DNA of 64,000 nt from a virus (Duplodnaviria > Caudoviricetes): IMG/VR virus record IMGVR_UViG_3300011008_000010, positions 32,001 through 96,000 of that record. One strand, given 5' to 3'. Position numbers and translations under genes: made by a program. The notes under the pieces were generated by a model, which searched no databases, was not told the DNA's origin, and saw only the letters and a list, made by a program, of their open reading frames with translations. Of the stretch, positions 1 to 9,487 are shown piece by piece (within the stretch, counting starts at the first letter, position 1; every line of letters begins with the position of its first letter).

Positions 1-157
1 ACGGAATGCGAAACATATTTCCGTTTTCATACTTCGTCATAATGGGCGTACCGTAGGAAACAAGAACCTGCCTGGATTTCTCCGGCTGAAAGACAATATA
101 AGCCTTTCCATAGAAACTTTTCTGATTTGAGGGTTTCAATTCGATTTTGGGTTCCAT
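1..157 (-). CDS. hypothetical protein, runs off the left window edge
   Basis: ATG at 157-155 on the minus strand preceded by AGGAG (170-166); leader shares 18 nt with the leader of 180..392. Confidence 0.5.
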   Translation of the reverse strand, partial: MEPKIELKPSNQKSFYGKAYIVFQPEKSRQVLVSYGTPIMTKYENGNMFRIP

Positions 158-179
158 TTTTAGATTCTCCTTTCTAAAA

Positions 180-392
180 TCAGACTGCCATTCTCGTTTT
201 TGCGTCACGAACCTCATAAGGGAATTTCGGATTACAACCGTTCATACGATCACAAATTTCCCTTGCTTCTGTCAAATCGGAATACACCGCAGGCTTATAA
301 CAAGGACGTTCAATCCCGTCAACTACGGTAGCCGTAAAGACATACGGCTCCTTATTGTGGTGCGGATTGGTGCTAAAGATTGCGTAACGCAT
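180..392 (-). CDS. small hypothetical phage protein (70 aa)
   Basis: ORF with AGAAAGGAG RBS, in a run of co-oriented small genes. Confidence 0.7.
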   Translation of the reverse strand: MRYAIFSTNPHHNKEPYVFTATVVDGIERPCYKPAVYSDLTEAREICDRMNGCNPKFPYEVRDAKTRMAV

Positions 393-443
393 TTTGGATT
401 CTCCTTTCTAAAATGTGTTGTGGTTTTTGGTTCCAAATTCGGT

Positions 444-659
444 TTACAGTTTCTCACACCAGATATAGCCATTACTTTCAATCATGGCTTCATAGGTTTC
501 TCTGTCTTCTTCGTAGGTGGAAAACGGGTTTAACCAGGATTCATCAAAATCCAGATCATAGTTTCTGTTTGCGGATTCCATTTTATATATCTCCTTTCCG
601 TTATGAAATAGCCGTGCAGAACCAGTCAATTCGTTCGGCTTGTAATTTGCAGTCAACAT
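444..659 (-). CDS. small hypothetical phage protein
   Basis: ORF in the co-oriented cluster; start uncertain because it overlaps the upstream gene. Confidence 0.55.
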   Translation of the reverse strand: MLTANYKPNELTGSARLFHNGKEIYKMESANRNYDLDFDESWLNPFSTYEEDRETYEAMIESNGYIWCEKL

Positions 660-897
660 CTCTCGTTGCTCTTACATAAAGGCTATACAGCAACTCTTTC
701 GCATACTCAAACTGGCTTTCAGAAATCGTTCTTATAATCCGTTTTTCATCACCGTTTCTGAGTTTCTTATTGAATTTCGCTTTGAAAAACCCGTCCTTGT
801 GGTAAATGCATAACGCTCTGTCATCCCACGAACCGTTTTCTAAAGCGGAATTTCTCCAGTCAAAAGCGTCTATTCTCGGATACATTCTGGTTTTCAT
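601..897 (-). CDS. hypothetical phage protein (98 aa)
   Basis: AAAAAGGAG RBS upstream of ATG. Confidence 0.7.
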   Translation of the reverse strand: MKTRMYPRIDAFDWRNSALENGSWDDRALCIYHKDGFFKAKFNKKLRNGDEKRIIRTISESQFEYAKELLYSLYVRATRDVDCKLQAERIDWFCTAIS

Positions 898-916
898 ATA
901 AAGGTCTCCTTTTTAT

Positions 917-979
917 AAATCCGAATATGGATTGCATTTTATATATCGCTTTCCAGTTTCACAATCCATATTCGGATTT
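917..979. repeat. perfect 18-bp inverted repeat
   Basis: AAATCCGAATATGGATTG (917-934) and CAATCCATATTCGGATTT (962-979). Confidence 0.85.
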
Positions 980-1063
980 GGTTTTGGTTCTGATTTTGAA
1001 ATCCGGAATGATAATTCAAATCTGAAATCCGATCTGGACTTGTAATCCGGATTCAGATTCGGT

Positions 1064-2047
1064 TTAAACAAATGCAAACCCGATTTCGTTTTCAGACTTG
1101 GACTTAGAAACCGTTTTGGAAACCTTGCGTGTGCCACGATTTCGAACCTTCTTTGTCTTAGGCTCTTCAAGCAGGACTGCGGTTTCAGAAACCTTTTCCA
1201 AAATCTCTTCGGTCGGCAGATTCTTTAAAGGCTGTTTTTCTTTCGGGCTTTCCGTTGCCGGCTCCTTTTTCTTTTTCGGAACCTCAATCGGATTTACAGC
1301 AATCACATTCTTTTCCTGAAGAATGCTTCTAAAGTTCGCCATAACCGCATCGTAGAATTTGGCTTCCGTATAGGGAATTGCATCTTGATCCATACGGTAT
1401 GCAGCTCTTAAACCCAGAACCTGTTTTCCGATTCCCTTTACCAGTTCCTCCGCCATAAACCGCAGTCCCTTTGTGCCAAATGGAACCCGAATTCCAATTT
1501 TAAGGAAGGTTTCCACTTCTTTTAAATATTTTTCTTTTTCCTCAGAGCCGGAACCAACCGCCATATAAGCCAGATACGATTCAAAAAACGAATTTCCAAA
1601 CAGCGGTTCGTAGATCTTATGCAAGTCTTCCTTGCGTTTCTTTGCGAGTTCACGATACTTATTTCTAATTTTATCCTCTCTCAAGTTGTACTCGACCTGA
1701 TTGTCTTTGTCAAGACAAATCCAGGTTTTGTCAATGAGATTTCCTTTAAAGGCATCTTCGCCCTGAAGCAGAGCCAGATCGTTCTTTCTGTTTTCCTGAT
1801 CTTTAGCCATTTGGTCTCTTAAATTCTTCCAGTCGGATACCTTTTTAAGTACGTCCTTGTGCTTGTCGTCCTTTAAGATACCGAAGTTGACCTTGTTGCT
1901 GGTTATCGATGCCTGTACCTTTTTAACGTTGGTTGCTGTCGTCTTTGTAGTGGCGGTTGCTTTCTTCATGGTTTTGGTCTCCTTTGCTTTGTTGTTAGCG
2001 GTGGTCGTCTTTGTTGCCTTTGTTGCCGTTGTCGTTGTTTTAGCCAT
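1064..2047 (-). CDS. hypothetical protein with T/K/A low-complexity N-terminus and basic C-terminus (327 aa)
   Basis: long ORF with CAACGAAAGGAG leader/RBS. Confidence 0.85.
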   Translation of the reverse strand: MAKTTTTATKATKTTTANNKAKETKTMKKATATTKTTATNVKKVQASITSNKVNFGILKDDKHKDVLKKVSDWKNLRDQMAKDQENRKNDLALLQGEDAFKGNLIDKTWICLDKDNQVEYNLREDKIRNKYRELAKKRKEDLHKIYEPLFGNSFFESYLAYMAVGSGSEEKEKYLKEVETFLKIGIRVPFGTKGLRFMAEELVKGIGKQVLGLRAAYRMDQDAIPYTEAKFYDAVMANFRSILQEKNVIAVNPIEVPKKKKEPATESPKEKQPLKNLPTEEILEKVSETAVLLEEPKTKKVRNRGTRKVSKTVSKSKSENEIGFAFV

Positions 2048-2096
2048 GATGTTGTCTCCTTTCGTTGAGTAAGAGTGGGTGGTGTGTGTGGTATCT

Positions 2097-2336
2097 TTAA
2101 GCCGCCATCAGTTCGCTTGCCTTAGCAAACACATCGGCGACTAAGCAAACCTCGGCAATGCCGTTAAAGCTGTCGGCACAGTACGCTGTCTTATAAGGCA
2201 TGTAAACCTTTGTGGCGTCTGTGGTCTGGTCGATCAGGATGTCCTGAAGAGTGTAAGTACGGTATCTTGCGATAACCTCTTTAAGCGTGTCGGACAGTGC
2301 CTGTCGTCCAATGGTGTAAAGTACTGAGTAATTCAT
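2097..2336 (-). CDS. hypothetical protein (79 aa)
   Basis: CAACGAAAGGAG leader/RBS. Confidence 0.8.
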   Translation of the reverse strand: MNYSVLYTIGRQALSDTLKEVIARYRTYTLQDILIDQTTDATKVYMPYKTAYCADSFNGIAEVCLVADVFAKASELMAA

Positions 2337-2539
2337 GGTGTGCTCCTTTCGTTGTAAGTGTAATGTGTGTGGTTGACAGTTGCTTTAAAGGACGCTGTAG
2401 GTCATAAAGGACGTTGTAGGTTATGCACTACTTCATGGTCGAACCAACGTCCTTGTAAGGGAGGAAGATTAAGCACATGGTTTACAAGCGATCTCAACCG
2501 ACCCGCCATTATCCTTTAATAACGAACCGACCGAGCAGA

Positions 2540-3280
2540 CCTTGTAAGGAAATGGCTGTATAGCTTTGAAACCATACAGCCAGAGTTACTATATTCAGTT
2601 GTACTTTATTCAGTTTTTACAATATTTAGTTTTTTCTTAAAGCCAACAAGTCTCTCGTTTTAGCTTTCACGATAATGGACATGTCAACGCTTGACTTGTA
2701 AGTAGCGTAAGGGAATCCACCTTACATTACCGTGGGGGATTGCTCGCAGAATGTTTTTAAGCGCCCTGTCGCCATTTTATCTGCGGCGATTCACACGAGT
2801 TTCGATTCAGGCCAACCCATAAGGTAATTTGTTTAAGAGTTGATGAAACTCTCTTATGGATTACTTTAAGTGTGTTTCCCCGGATTAAAGGAATTAGACC
2901 TTAGCTGAAAGATAAGATACAAACGAGACGCGATTATATAATAACCGGTACTACCCTTTAATCGTGGTCAATCAGACATTAAACACACTGATCTCTCCCT
3001 TTCAATTCTTTCCCCTTAAAAAGCGCATAGTATTTTAGAGGTTTGCTTAAAGATCGCTGAAAACTCAACTTTTCGCGGTCTAATGTAGCACGGGACAGTT
3101 TAAACAGAAATAAACTGTTTTTGTCCAAAGTGTCGGACTTTATAAAAAGATCCTCTAAAATCTAACCTTCTCCCACTTAATAAAGGACGGGCCTTTTACA
3201 CCCTGGTCTTTATAACGATAAAGTCTACGAACGACTTATATCTGATTGTAAAGTAAAGTACACTACGAACGTGCCTTTAT
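2540..3280 (-). ncRNA. candidate large structured non-coding RNA or leader (strand inferred from flanking genes)
   Basis: no ORF of 60 aa or more; many stems including ATTTTAGAGG 3032-3041/CCTCTAAAAT 3152-3161, CCATAAG/CTTATGG, ACAAGTC/GACTTGT, GTAAGG/CCTTAC, TGGCTGTAT/ATACAGCCA. Confidence 0.4.
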
Positions 3281-3307
3281 TGCATATCACGGAATTGAAC
3301 CGCAATT

Positions 3308-3337
3308 AAAAGAGGCTCTCTTATGAGAGCCCCTTTT
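3308..3337 (-). terminator. intrinsic terminator (possibly bidirectional)
   Basis: AAAAGAGGCTCTC-TTAT-GAGAGCCCCTTTT just downstream of 3367..3792. Confidence 0.7.
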
Positions 3338-3366
3338 AAGCAACCTTGCTATGCAAATCGACGAGA

Positions 3367-3792
3367 TTAGATATTGACAATGCCTTTATATTCTTTCGGC
3401 ATGGTCTTGTGGATAACGTTTCCGCTGTTCTCAAGAGCTTTAATGCCTTCAGGCTTGACGATCGCCCAGCAACCATGACCTTTAAACCAGTACGCCTTAT
3501 AGTTCTTCTTGAGAATCTCACCGACGGTCTTATCATAACCGCCGCCGTTTAAAGCCACAAGAATGATTTTCTCACCGGTTTTAGTATGCTTTGCATACCA
3601 GGCAGAAACGCTTTTTTTCGTCGTTTTCGGCGTTGCAATCGGCGTTTCCGCCATTTGCTGCTGCTTCAAAGCCGTTTCGGCTTTTTCGCGGTTTAAGGCT
3701 TCGATCATGGTATTAAAAGCCTTGAGTTCAGCAGGGGTTAAGTCCATGAAACGATCGACGAGTTGAGAGAGAGTGATTTCCTGTTTTTTCAT
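3367..3792 (-). CDS. hypothetical protein (141 aa)
   Basis: CAACGAAAGGAAGG leader/RBS and a downstream terminator. Confidence 0.8.
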   Translation of the reverse strand: MKKQEITLSQLVDRFMDLTPAELKAFNTMIEALNREKAETALKQQQMAETPIATPKTTKKSVSAWYAKHTKTGEKIILVALNGGGYDKTVGEILKKNYKAYWFKGHGCWAIVKPEGIKALENSGNVIHKTMPKEYKGIVNI

Positions 3793-4934
3793 AATGCCAC
3801 CTTCCTTTCGTTGAGTGTATGAGTGTTAGAAGACCGCGCATCCGTATCGCGCTTGCTTCTCCGTATCCGCGTCCGGCGTCGCCACCGACCACTCATAGCA
3901 TGGCATCGATCACAAATCCTGTCAAATTCGAAAGTTTGTTTGGGACGCAAAAATTGCCCGCAAAGCCGCACGGGTACTACAAAAAAATTTTTTTCGATTG
4001 TGACAAATAACAATTTATTTCAGTCGATCGGGGGAAAAATTTTCCATGCCGGGGGGGTACGGAAAGCCCATAAAATCAACATTTTTTTGTCGGAGGCCCA
4101 ATCACTCACCTTCATACACAGACCAAAAAATACCAATCCAGTCACTCCCAAAATAATATACAAAACAAATGTTCTTTCTCCAAAAAACCTCCTCTCCCAC
4201 ACTCACATCCATCTAATAACTCATATAAAAAAAACAGAAACTATGTTCGATAAAATATCTTCCTGGAACCTCTCTTTTTCAAAACCTCAAACTGCGAAAT
4301 ATGTTCAAAATTACTACGATTTTTTCCAACCCCTTTTAACTATCATAAAATATTCATCAGTGACACATTTTTTATCGTTTTATGATTATCTCACAACTGT
4401 ATTAATTCCATCTTAACAATCCCAATAATTATATCCCGGCACATCCTAACGCTAATCCTTCCCTCACATTTAAACCATATGTTCGATATTTATAAAATTA
4501 TAAAGTTCTAAAAATACTCTAAACACCATTCCACCCGATTTTTTAACAATTATCTGCTTGCATATCTCGCCATTCTGGAGTATTCTATAAGCACATTAAT
4601 CCGCAGAGAGATAAATAAACTTCGGTTTGTCGAGAGCATATGAACAAATCATGAACAAAACCCCAGAAATCCATCAACAGGAACCTTTGAAAATCATTTA
4701 AAAACAAATCAAATTTAAATATTTTTATTTAAAACAGGATGTTTTTTGATAAAACGAAACAAAAACAATTCAAAACCAAAAACAATTAAAATAATTGTCA
4801 GACAACTAATTAATTTAACCAAATCTCGGCTAATGCACAATAAAAAAAATAACAGAAACGTGTCAAGGTAAAAATAGATAAACCAAACACCAGGCAACCA
4901 TCAACCATCATCAAGTTCAAAAAGGGGGAATCTC

Positions 4935-5357
4935 ATGGTATTAAGGGAACAGTTCATTTGCCACATCGACAAGATCAGAGACTACGACAATTTTCAACAA
5001 CAGATTGATTCTCTTACCGGATCTGTCCGGGGAATGAATTCAAATCAAAGCGGTATGGTCGAATTAGACATTTATCCTATAGTCGTAGAAATGCTTCGTA
5101 CACTGGATGATTGTTTAGATACGCCTTATGTTAATATCCTTGACTGGACAATGAGCAGAAAAGTCGATCCTGTTATGCAAAAATCCGGATATGCGGAATA
5201 TACCGTAAGGCTAATTGAAACCTGGGCCACCGAATTTGAATATGGGACTCAGGCAAAAGAAATTTATGATCTGGACGCAGGTGTCAAAATTTATCTGCAA
5301 ACAACTGATGATCTATACGAATATTTGTTCTTGAACCTGCTGCCTCATAAAACCTAA
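4935..5357 (+). CDS. hypothetical protein
   Basis: AAGGGGG RBS; first gene of the rightward cluster. Confidence 0.75.
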   Translation: MVLREQFICHIDKIRDYDNFQQQIDSLTGSVRGMNSNQSGMVELDIYPIVVEMLRTLDDCLDTPYVNILDWTMSRKVDPVMQKSGYAEYTVRLIETWATEFEYGTQAKEIYDLDAGVKIYLQTTDDLYEYLFLNLLPHKT

Positions 5358-5369
5358 AGGAGATAAATA

Positions 5370-5606
5370 ATGGTTACGTTTATCATAGGATCTATCATAA
5401 TACTGTACGCGCTATGGGCAATTACATTTCTTGTATTATGGATTGCCAATTACAGACTGTTAAAAATCATTGCTACTTTGGAAGAGGCTATAGACTATAC
5501 TCTTTTGAAAACAGATCTCCCCGAAACAGACCCGGAAAAAGAAAAAGCAATCAAGACAAAGATGGAAATTATCAAAGAACGTATCAAAAAAGATTTTGAC
5601 GTATAA
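5370..5606 (+). CDS. small membrane protein
   Basis: AAGGAG RBS; hydrophobic N-terminal helix. Confidence 0.75.
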   Translation: MVTFIIGSIIILYALWAITFLVLWIANYRLLKIIATLEEAIDYTLLKTDLPETDPEKEKAIKTKMEIIKERIKKDFDV

Positions 5607-5624
5607 CAACCATAAGGAGAAAAT

Positions 5625-5852
5625 ATGATTAGATCTTGGGAATGTCGTGATACAAGACCATGTTGGTTCCGCAAAAAAGTATATGGAACATATCAATGTG
5701 CAATTCTGGAATCAACCTACGAAGGCAATACTTGTCCTTTTGCGAAACCAAATTTGAATAAGTTATCTTATTCTGTTTTAGAACTGAGAAGACAAAAGAA
5801 ACTTGAAGAAGAAAAGGACAGGAAGGAAAGGAGATTAAAAATCGATGTCTAA
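5625..5852 (+). CDS. small Cys-containing hypothetical protein
   Basis: AAGGAG RBS; four Cys (C-x5-C ... C ... CPF). Confidence 0.75.
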   Translation: MIRSWECRDTRPCWFRKKVYGTYQCAILESTYEGNTCPFAKPNLNKLSYSVLELRRQKKLEEEKDRKERRLKIDV

Positions 5853-6222
5853 AAAAAATAAATACGCAAAGAAGCAGCAAAACTACTTTGCAAAAAAGGG
5901 TATGTTGGAGACTCTGAAAAAAGAGCAATATAATCTTTTGAAACAAAAAACAGAAGATCAGGTTGTAATTGATGATATCTGGAAAACTCAGATTGTATCA
6001 GACAAATATATTTTATTGAATCCGGCATTTCCGATAGAAACAGCATATGCTTTACTTAATGTGCATAATAAAGTTAAAGCAGGTATGTTGATCAAAGGAA
6101 AACCGGAAGATTTTGAAGATAACCCGAATGAAGTATACAGAGTTGTCAAAGAACGCAAAATACTGGATATAAACAAGAAAGATGTTAATAAAGCAATTGA
6201 GAATGGAGTTGATTTTAAATAG
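5845..6222 (+). CDS. hypothetical protein
   Basis: AAGGAG RBS; overlaps the upstream stop. Confidence 0.75.
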   Translation: MSKKNKYAKKQQNYFAKKGMLETLKKEQYNLLKQKTEDQVVIDDIWKTQIVSDKYILLNPAFPIETAYALLNVHNKVKAGMLIKGKPEDFEDNPNEVYRVVKERKILDINKKDVNKAIENGVDFK

Positions 6223-6224
6223 AC

Positions 6225-7595
6225 ATGAGCAAAGAAAATAAGCAAAAAGATAAATACTGGAAAACAGAATTGCCGATTCACATCGAACATCTTGGAGACG
6301 AATATGATCCTTTTATCTCTGCTTTGTTGATTCCGGAAGATCCTGATGATTCGGAACAAAAGGATTTGTCGCTGTCATACAATGAACATTTTAAAGGATT
6401 ACCGTCACCAAAGGTTAATCCCGTTCTTGAAAGAAGGAAACAAAGACAAAAAATTACATTGCAAAGCCAAAAAGAAGACAGGGAAATAGTTAAAAAGTTA
6501 AAAGCTGAGGGTAAACTTTATGAAGATAGAGACAGAATTATGCGTCTTATAAAGGCCACAGACGGAGCATCTCCAACTTTTATAGTTGAACAATCAGAAA
6601 CAGGGAGAGAATTTCTTTGTTGTATTTGTGGAGGAAAACCGATTATTATCCGGGGGAGAAATACTTCTGCCGCAAAAAGAAACAGCGGAGAATCATATAG
6701 TATATATTGTCAAAAATGTCATGTTTCTACCGACTTTCATATGCGTCTGGATTATGCCAGACGAATGTGGAATTCCCATGTAATCTTAGGAGCAATCAAC
6801 AGTGATAAATGGGATGATTATGATAAATATGTTTATGGTTCGGGAAAAGCTACACCGCAGGAAAATGAATATAAGTTAAAGTTAAAAAAAGCCGAACAGT
6901 ATCTGGATACGATGAAATTGTTTTATTCATACGATATGTTATATGCAGAAAAAATAAATGATATGTTAGAAAAAGGAATGGTGTTTAAAAACTATCAGGA
7001 ATTATGTAGTTATCTCGGAGAAATCCCGGAAAGACAAGTAGGAAAAGCACATGGAAGAAATTATTATTTTCACTACAAATGGTGGAAGAGATTTTTTGAT
7101 TTTGAAAAATCGGGACACAAAATTATCATAAAAGAGGTATATGGATCCTATATTCCTTGGAGTGGAGATGAGCAGTATCCAAACAGAGGAAGAAGAATAA
7201 CTACATTCCGGCCAAAACTGATAAATGAGGCTGATGATAGTGGATGGGGCGTAGCAATTAGAGATTATAAACTTTTACCAAATCGAGCCAACACAAGAAA
7301 TATAATAACCACAACCGATATCGCAAAAGCAGCAGAGAATCAAATAAGAATTGAAAAGGAACTGAAAAAAGAAAAGAAAAAGAAAAAAGATATGGTGTTT
7401 GAAGAATATGAAGTCTATGAAGAAGATTGGGATGACATTTACGAAGATGGAGAAAATGATATTGAAAATGATTATGAAATAGATTATGAAACAGACGAAG
7501 AGAACAATCATGAAAATAATCATAGTATCGAAATAGAGACAAATAATTTTGATGATGATGATTTTGATGATGATGAAGATATTGAGGAAGAATAA
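6225..7595 (+). CDS. multidomain protein with Lar-like (restriction alleviation) zinc finger and long acidic tail
   Basis: CCICGGKP...YSIYCQKC...ARRMWN pattern; D/E-rich C-terminus. Confidence 0.6.
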   Translation: MSKENKQKDKYWKTELPIHIEHLGDEYDPFISALLIPEDPDDSEQKDLSLSYNEHFKGLPSPKVNPVLERRKQRQKITLQSQKEDREIVKKLKAEGKLYEDRDRIMRLIKATDGASPTFIVEQSETGREFLCCICGGKPIIIRGRNTSAAKRNSGESYSIYCQKCHVSTDFHMRLDYARRMWNSHVILGAINSDKWDDYDKYVYGSGKATPQENEYKLKLKKAEQYLDTMKLFYSYDMLYAEKINDMLEKGMVFKNYQELCSYLGEIPERQVGKAHGRNYYFHYKWWKRFFDFEKSGHKIIIKEVYGSYIPWSGDEQYPNRGRRITTFRPKLINEADDSGWGVAIRDYKLLPNRANTRNIITTTDIAKAAENQIRIEKELKKEKKKKKDMVFEEYEVYEEDWDDIYEDGENDIENDYEIDYETDEENNHENNHSIEIETNNFDDDDFDDDEDIEEE

Positions 7596-7607
7596 AGGAG
7601 AGGTAAT

Positions 7608-8186
7608 ATGACCATCGATATGTCAAAAAAAGAAGGTCTTAAAACCGGAGAATTATTACTTTTGGAAGACATATTGTATTTAAGCAAAAAGTATGTGAGC
7701 AAAGAATCGGAAAATTTTGAAAATGAAACTAATGATTTTTCTGAAAATTTTGAACAGGAAGAAATACCGACAGGAGATCATTATTGCATAAAATCTAAAA
7801 AAGGATTGGCAAAAGATCTGAATGTATCTCTTAAGACTATATATAACTATCTTCTGACTCTTGAAAAATATGGGTTTATTTATCGTGTAAAAAAGTATCC
7901 GAAAAGAATCTATGTCAACATGAAGGATATTTCTAAATATTTAGGAGGTATTGATGAAGATGGTCATGTTTTAGAAGGGGCTAAAAGATTTTCGGTATAT
8001 CTCGATCATATCAGATTGTTAGAAATGGATCTAAGAACATGGAACAGAGAAAAGAATGATTGTATAAAAACAGAAACGCAAAAAGGGACAGAACAAAATT
8101 CTCAAAATACAAAAATAATTGAGAATAAAAACGGGCATATATACTCTGTTTTAGATGAAGATGATTTTAGTTGGGTTAAAAATTAG
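7608..8186 (+). CDS. winged-HTH protein, possible replication initiator
   Basis: SKKGLAKDLNVSLKTIYNYLLTLEKYGFIYR HTH; iteron-like repeats immediately downstream. Confidence 0.65.
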   Translation: MTIDMSKKEGLKTGELLLLEDILYLSKKYVSKESENFENETNDFSENFEQEEIPTGDHYCIKSKKGLAKDLNVSLKTIYNYLLTLEKYGFIYRVKKYPKRIYVNMKDISKYLGGIDEDGHVLEGAKRFSVYLDHIRLLEMDLRTWNREKNDCIKTETQKGTEQNSQNTKIIENKNGHIYSVLDEDDFSWVKN

Positions 8187-8205
8187 TTAAAGATTAAATG
8201 AAAAA

Positions 8206-8281
8206 TTGTAAGTATTTACCGCTTTGTAAATACTTACCGCTTTTTTTGTAAATACTTACAACGTTTTTTGTAAATACTTAC
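8206..8281. repeat. iteron-like repeats
   Basis: TTGTAAATACTTAC at 8224, 8246 and 8268 (22-bp period) plus the inverted core GTAAGTATTTAC at 8208. Confidence 0.8.
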
Positions 8282-8391
8282 ACACATAGATATATATAAA
8301 AGATTGTTTCGCCCTCTCCGAGCGGGCGATGGTTGAGAACCATATTTTAATTTTTTTATTTATTTCTTTTGTTTATATATATCTTATTGTT

Positions 8392-8517
8392 TGTAATTTA
8401 AATAATATCTGTAACCTAAACAATAATTATAATTTAAACAATATCTGTAATCTAAATAATACTTGTAACTTAAATAATGTTTGTAACTTAAATGATAATT
8501 GTAATTTAAATGATAAT
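8392..8517. repeat. seven tandem imperfect 18-bp AT-rich repeats
   Basis: consensus approximately TGTAAYTTAAAYRATAAT at 8392, 8410, 8428, 8446, 8464, 8482, 8500. Confidence 0.85.
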
Positions 8518-8624
8518 TATATCGCGCGCGCGCGTAATGCGTAAGGAAGGTATATGTCTGATAAAATAAATATGGCTGATAAAATAAAAAATTTTTTTCG
8601 CCCCACATTCTTATAACTTCCCTC

Positions 8625-8653
8625 TTGCAATTCTTTTAAAAGAGATATATAAT
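8625..8653 (+). promoter_or_regulatory. sigmaA-type promoter
   Basis: TTGCAA-17 nt-TATAAT. Confidence 0.65.
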
Positions 8654-8711
8654 CCAATCAGTGAGGCGAACGTTTTCTTAAATTTGCTTAGGTGGCAAGG
8701 AGAAAAATCTT

Positions 8712-8951
8712 ATGGCAGTAATGAGTCAGGAAGAAATCCAAAGAATTGAAACACAGAAAGAATATGACAAAGGGTTTCTGAGACTTGTTAAAGCTAAATA
8801 CTCCTTGAAGTATAAAGCTCCACAAATTGAAATGATGTCTGCTTCAATCTTGAGAGAACTTGAAAAGATTTACAAGTATCTTGAAGAACAGGATCAGGTT
8901 GAATACCGGAAGGATTTAATTGCAAGATTAAAAGCGGCTGATGAAGAATAA
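8712..8951 (+). CDS. hypothetical protein
   Basis: AAGGAG RBS, downstream of the promoter. Confidence 0.75.
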   Translation: MAVMSQEEIQRIETQKEYDKGFLRLVKAKYSLKYKAPQIEMMSASILRELEKIYKYLEEQDQVEYRKDLIARLKAADEE

Positions 8952-9166
8952 AGAGCGAAGAGTGATGGCTTGATGGTTGATGAATGAAGAGTAGAATTTT
9001 AGAGATAGGTGCTGTGAAGCCGTCAGATGCCCTCAGATCGATTTTAAGAGTGGTTTAGGTAAAAAGTATCGAGGAGATATATAAAATTGATTCTGGGGCA
9101 AATGGTAAGACGAGAAGGGTATATTAATTTTTTAGAGAGAGGCAGAAAGAAGGAATTAGTGTTGCT

Positions 9167-9487
9167 ATGAATAAGACAGAGTTGATTAAAGCGGTATCTG
9201 ATAAAACATATTATTCCCAGGCTCTTGTAAAAGAGATTCTTTATGCCGCACAAGACGTTGTTGTTGAGAATATGGCAGATGGAGAAGAAGTAAGAATTTC
9301 CGGGTTTGGAAAGTTTTGCGTGAAGAGGAGGGCTGCAAGAAAGTATAAAGGATTTGACGGAAAGGTACGTCGAAGAAAAGAAACTTATATCCCTTGTTTT
9401 GTTGCTTGGGAAGGGCTCAAGAAAAAAGTAAAGAGGGCTGGAAACATAAGAGAAAATTTTTGGTCCGGTGCGAAATACAATCGTTAA
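9167..9487 (+). CDS. HU/IHF-family DNA-binding protein
   Basis: MNKTELIKAVSDKT...GEEVRISGFGKF...RAARK...P.F signature. Confidence 0.9.
   Translation: MNKTELIKAVSDKTYYSQALVKEILYAAQDVVVENMADGEEVRISGFGKFCVKRRAARKYKGFDGKVRRRKETYIPCFVAWEGLKKKVKRAGNIRENFWSGAKYNR

Noticed and set aside
3789-4897. ORFs 3789..4013, 3819..4010, 3823..4416, 4020..4202, 4715..4897
   Set aside because: No convincing RBS and biased low-complexity composition; probably spurious
8392-8517. CRISPR array or CNLNN-repeat protein
   Set aside because: The repeats are contiguous with no spacers and no cas genes are present; ORF 8329..8544 has no clear RBS and probably just reflects the 18-bp period
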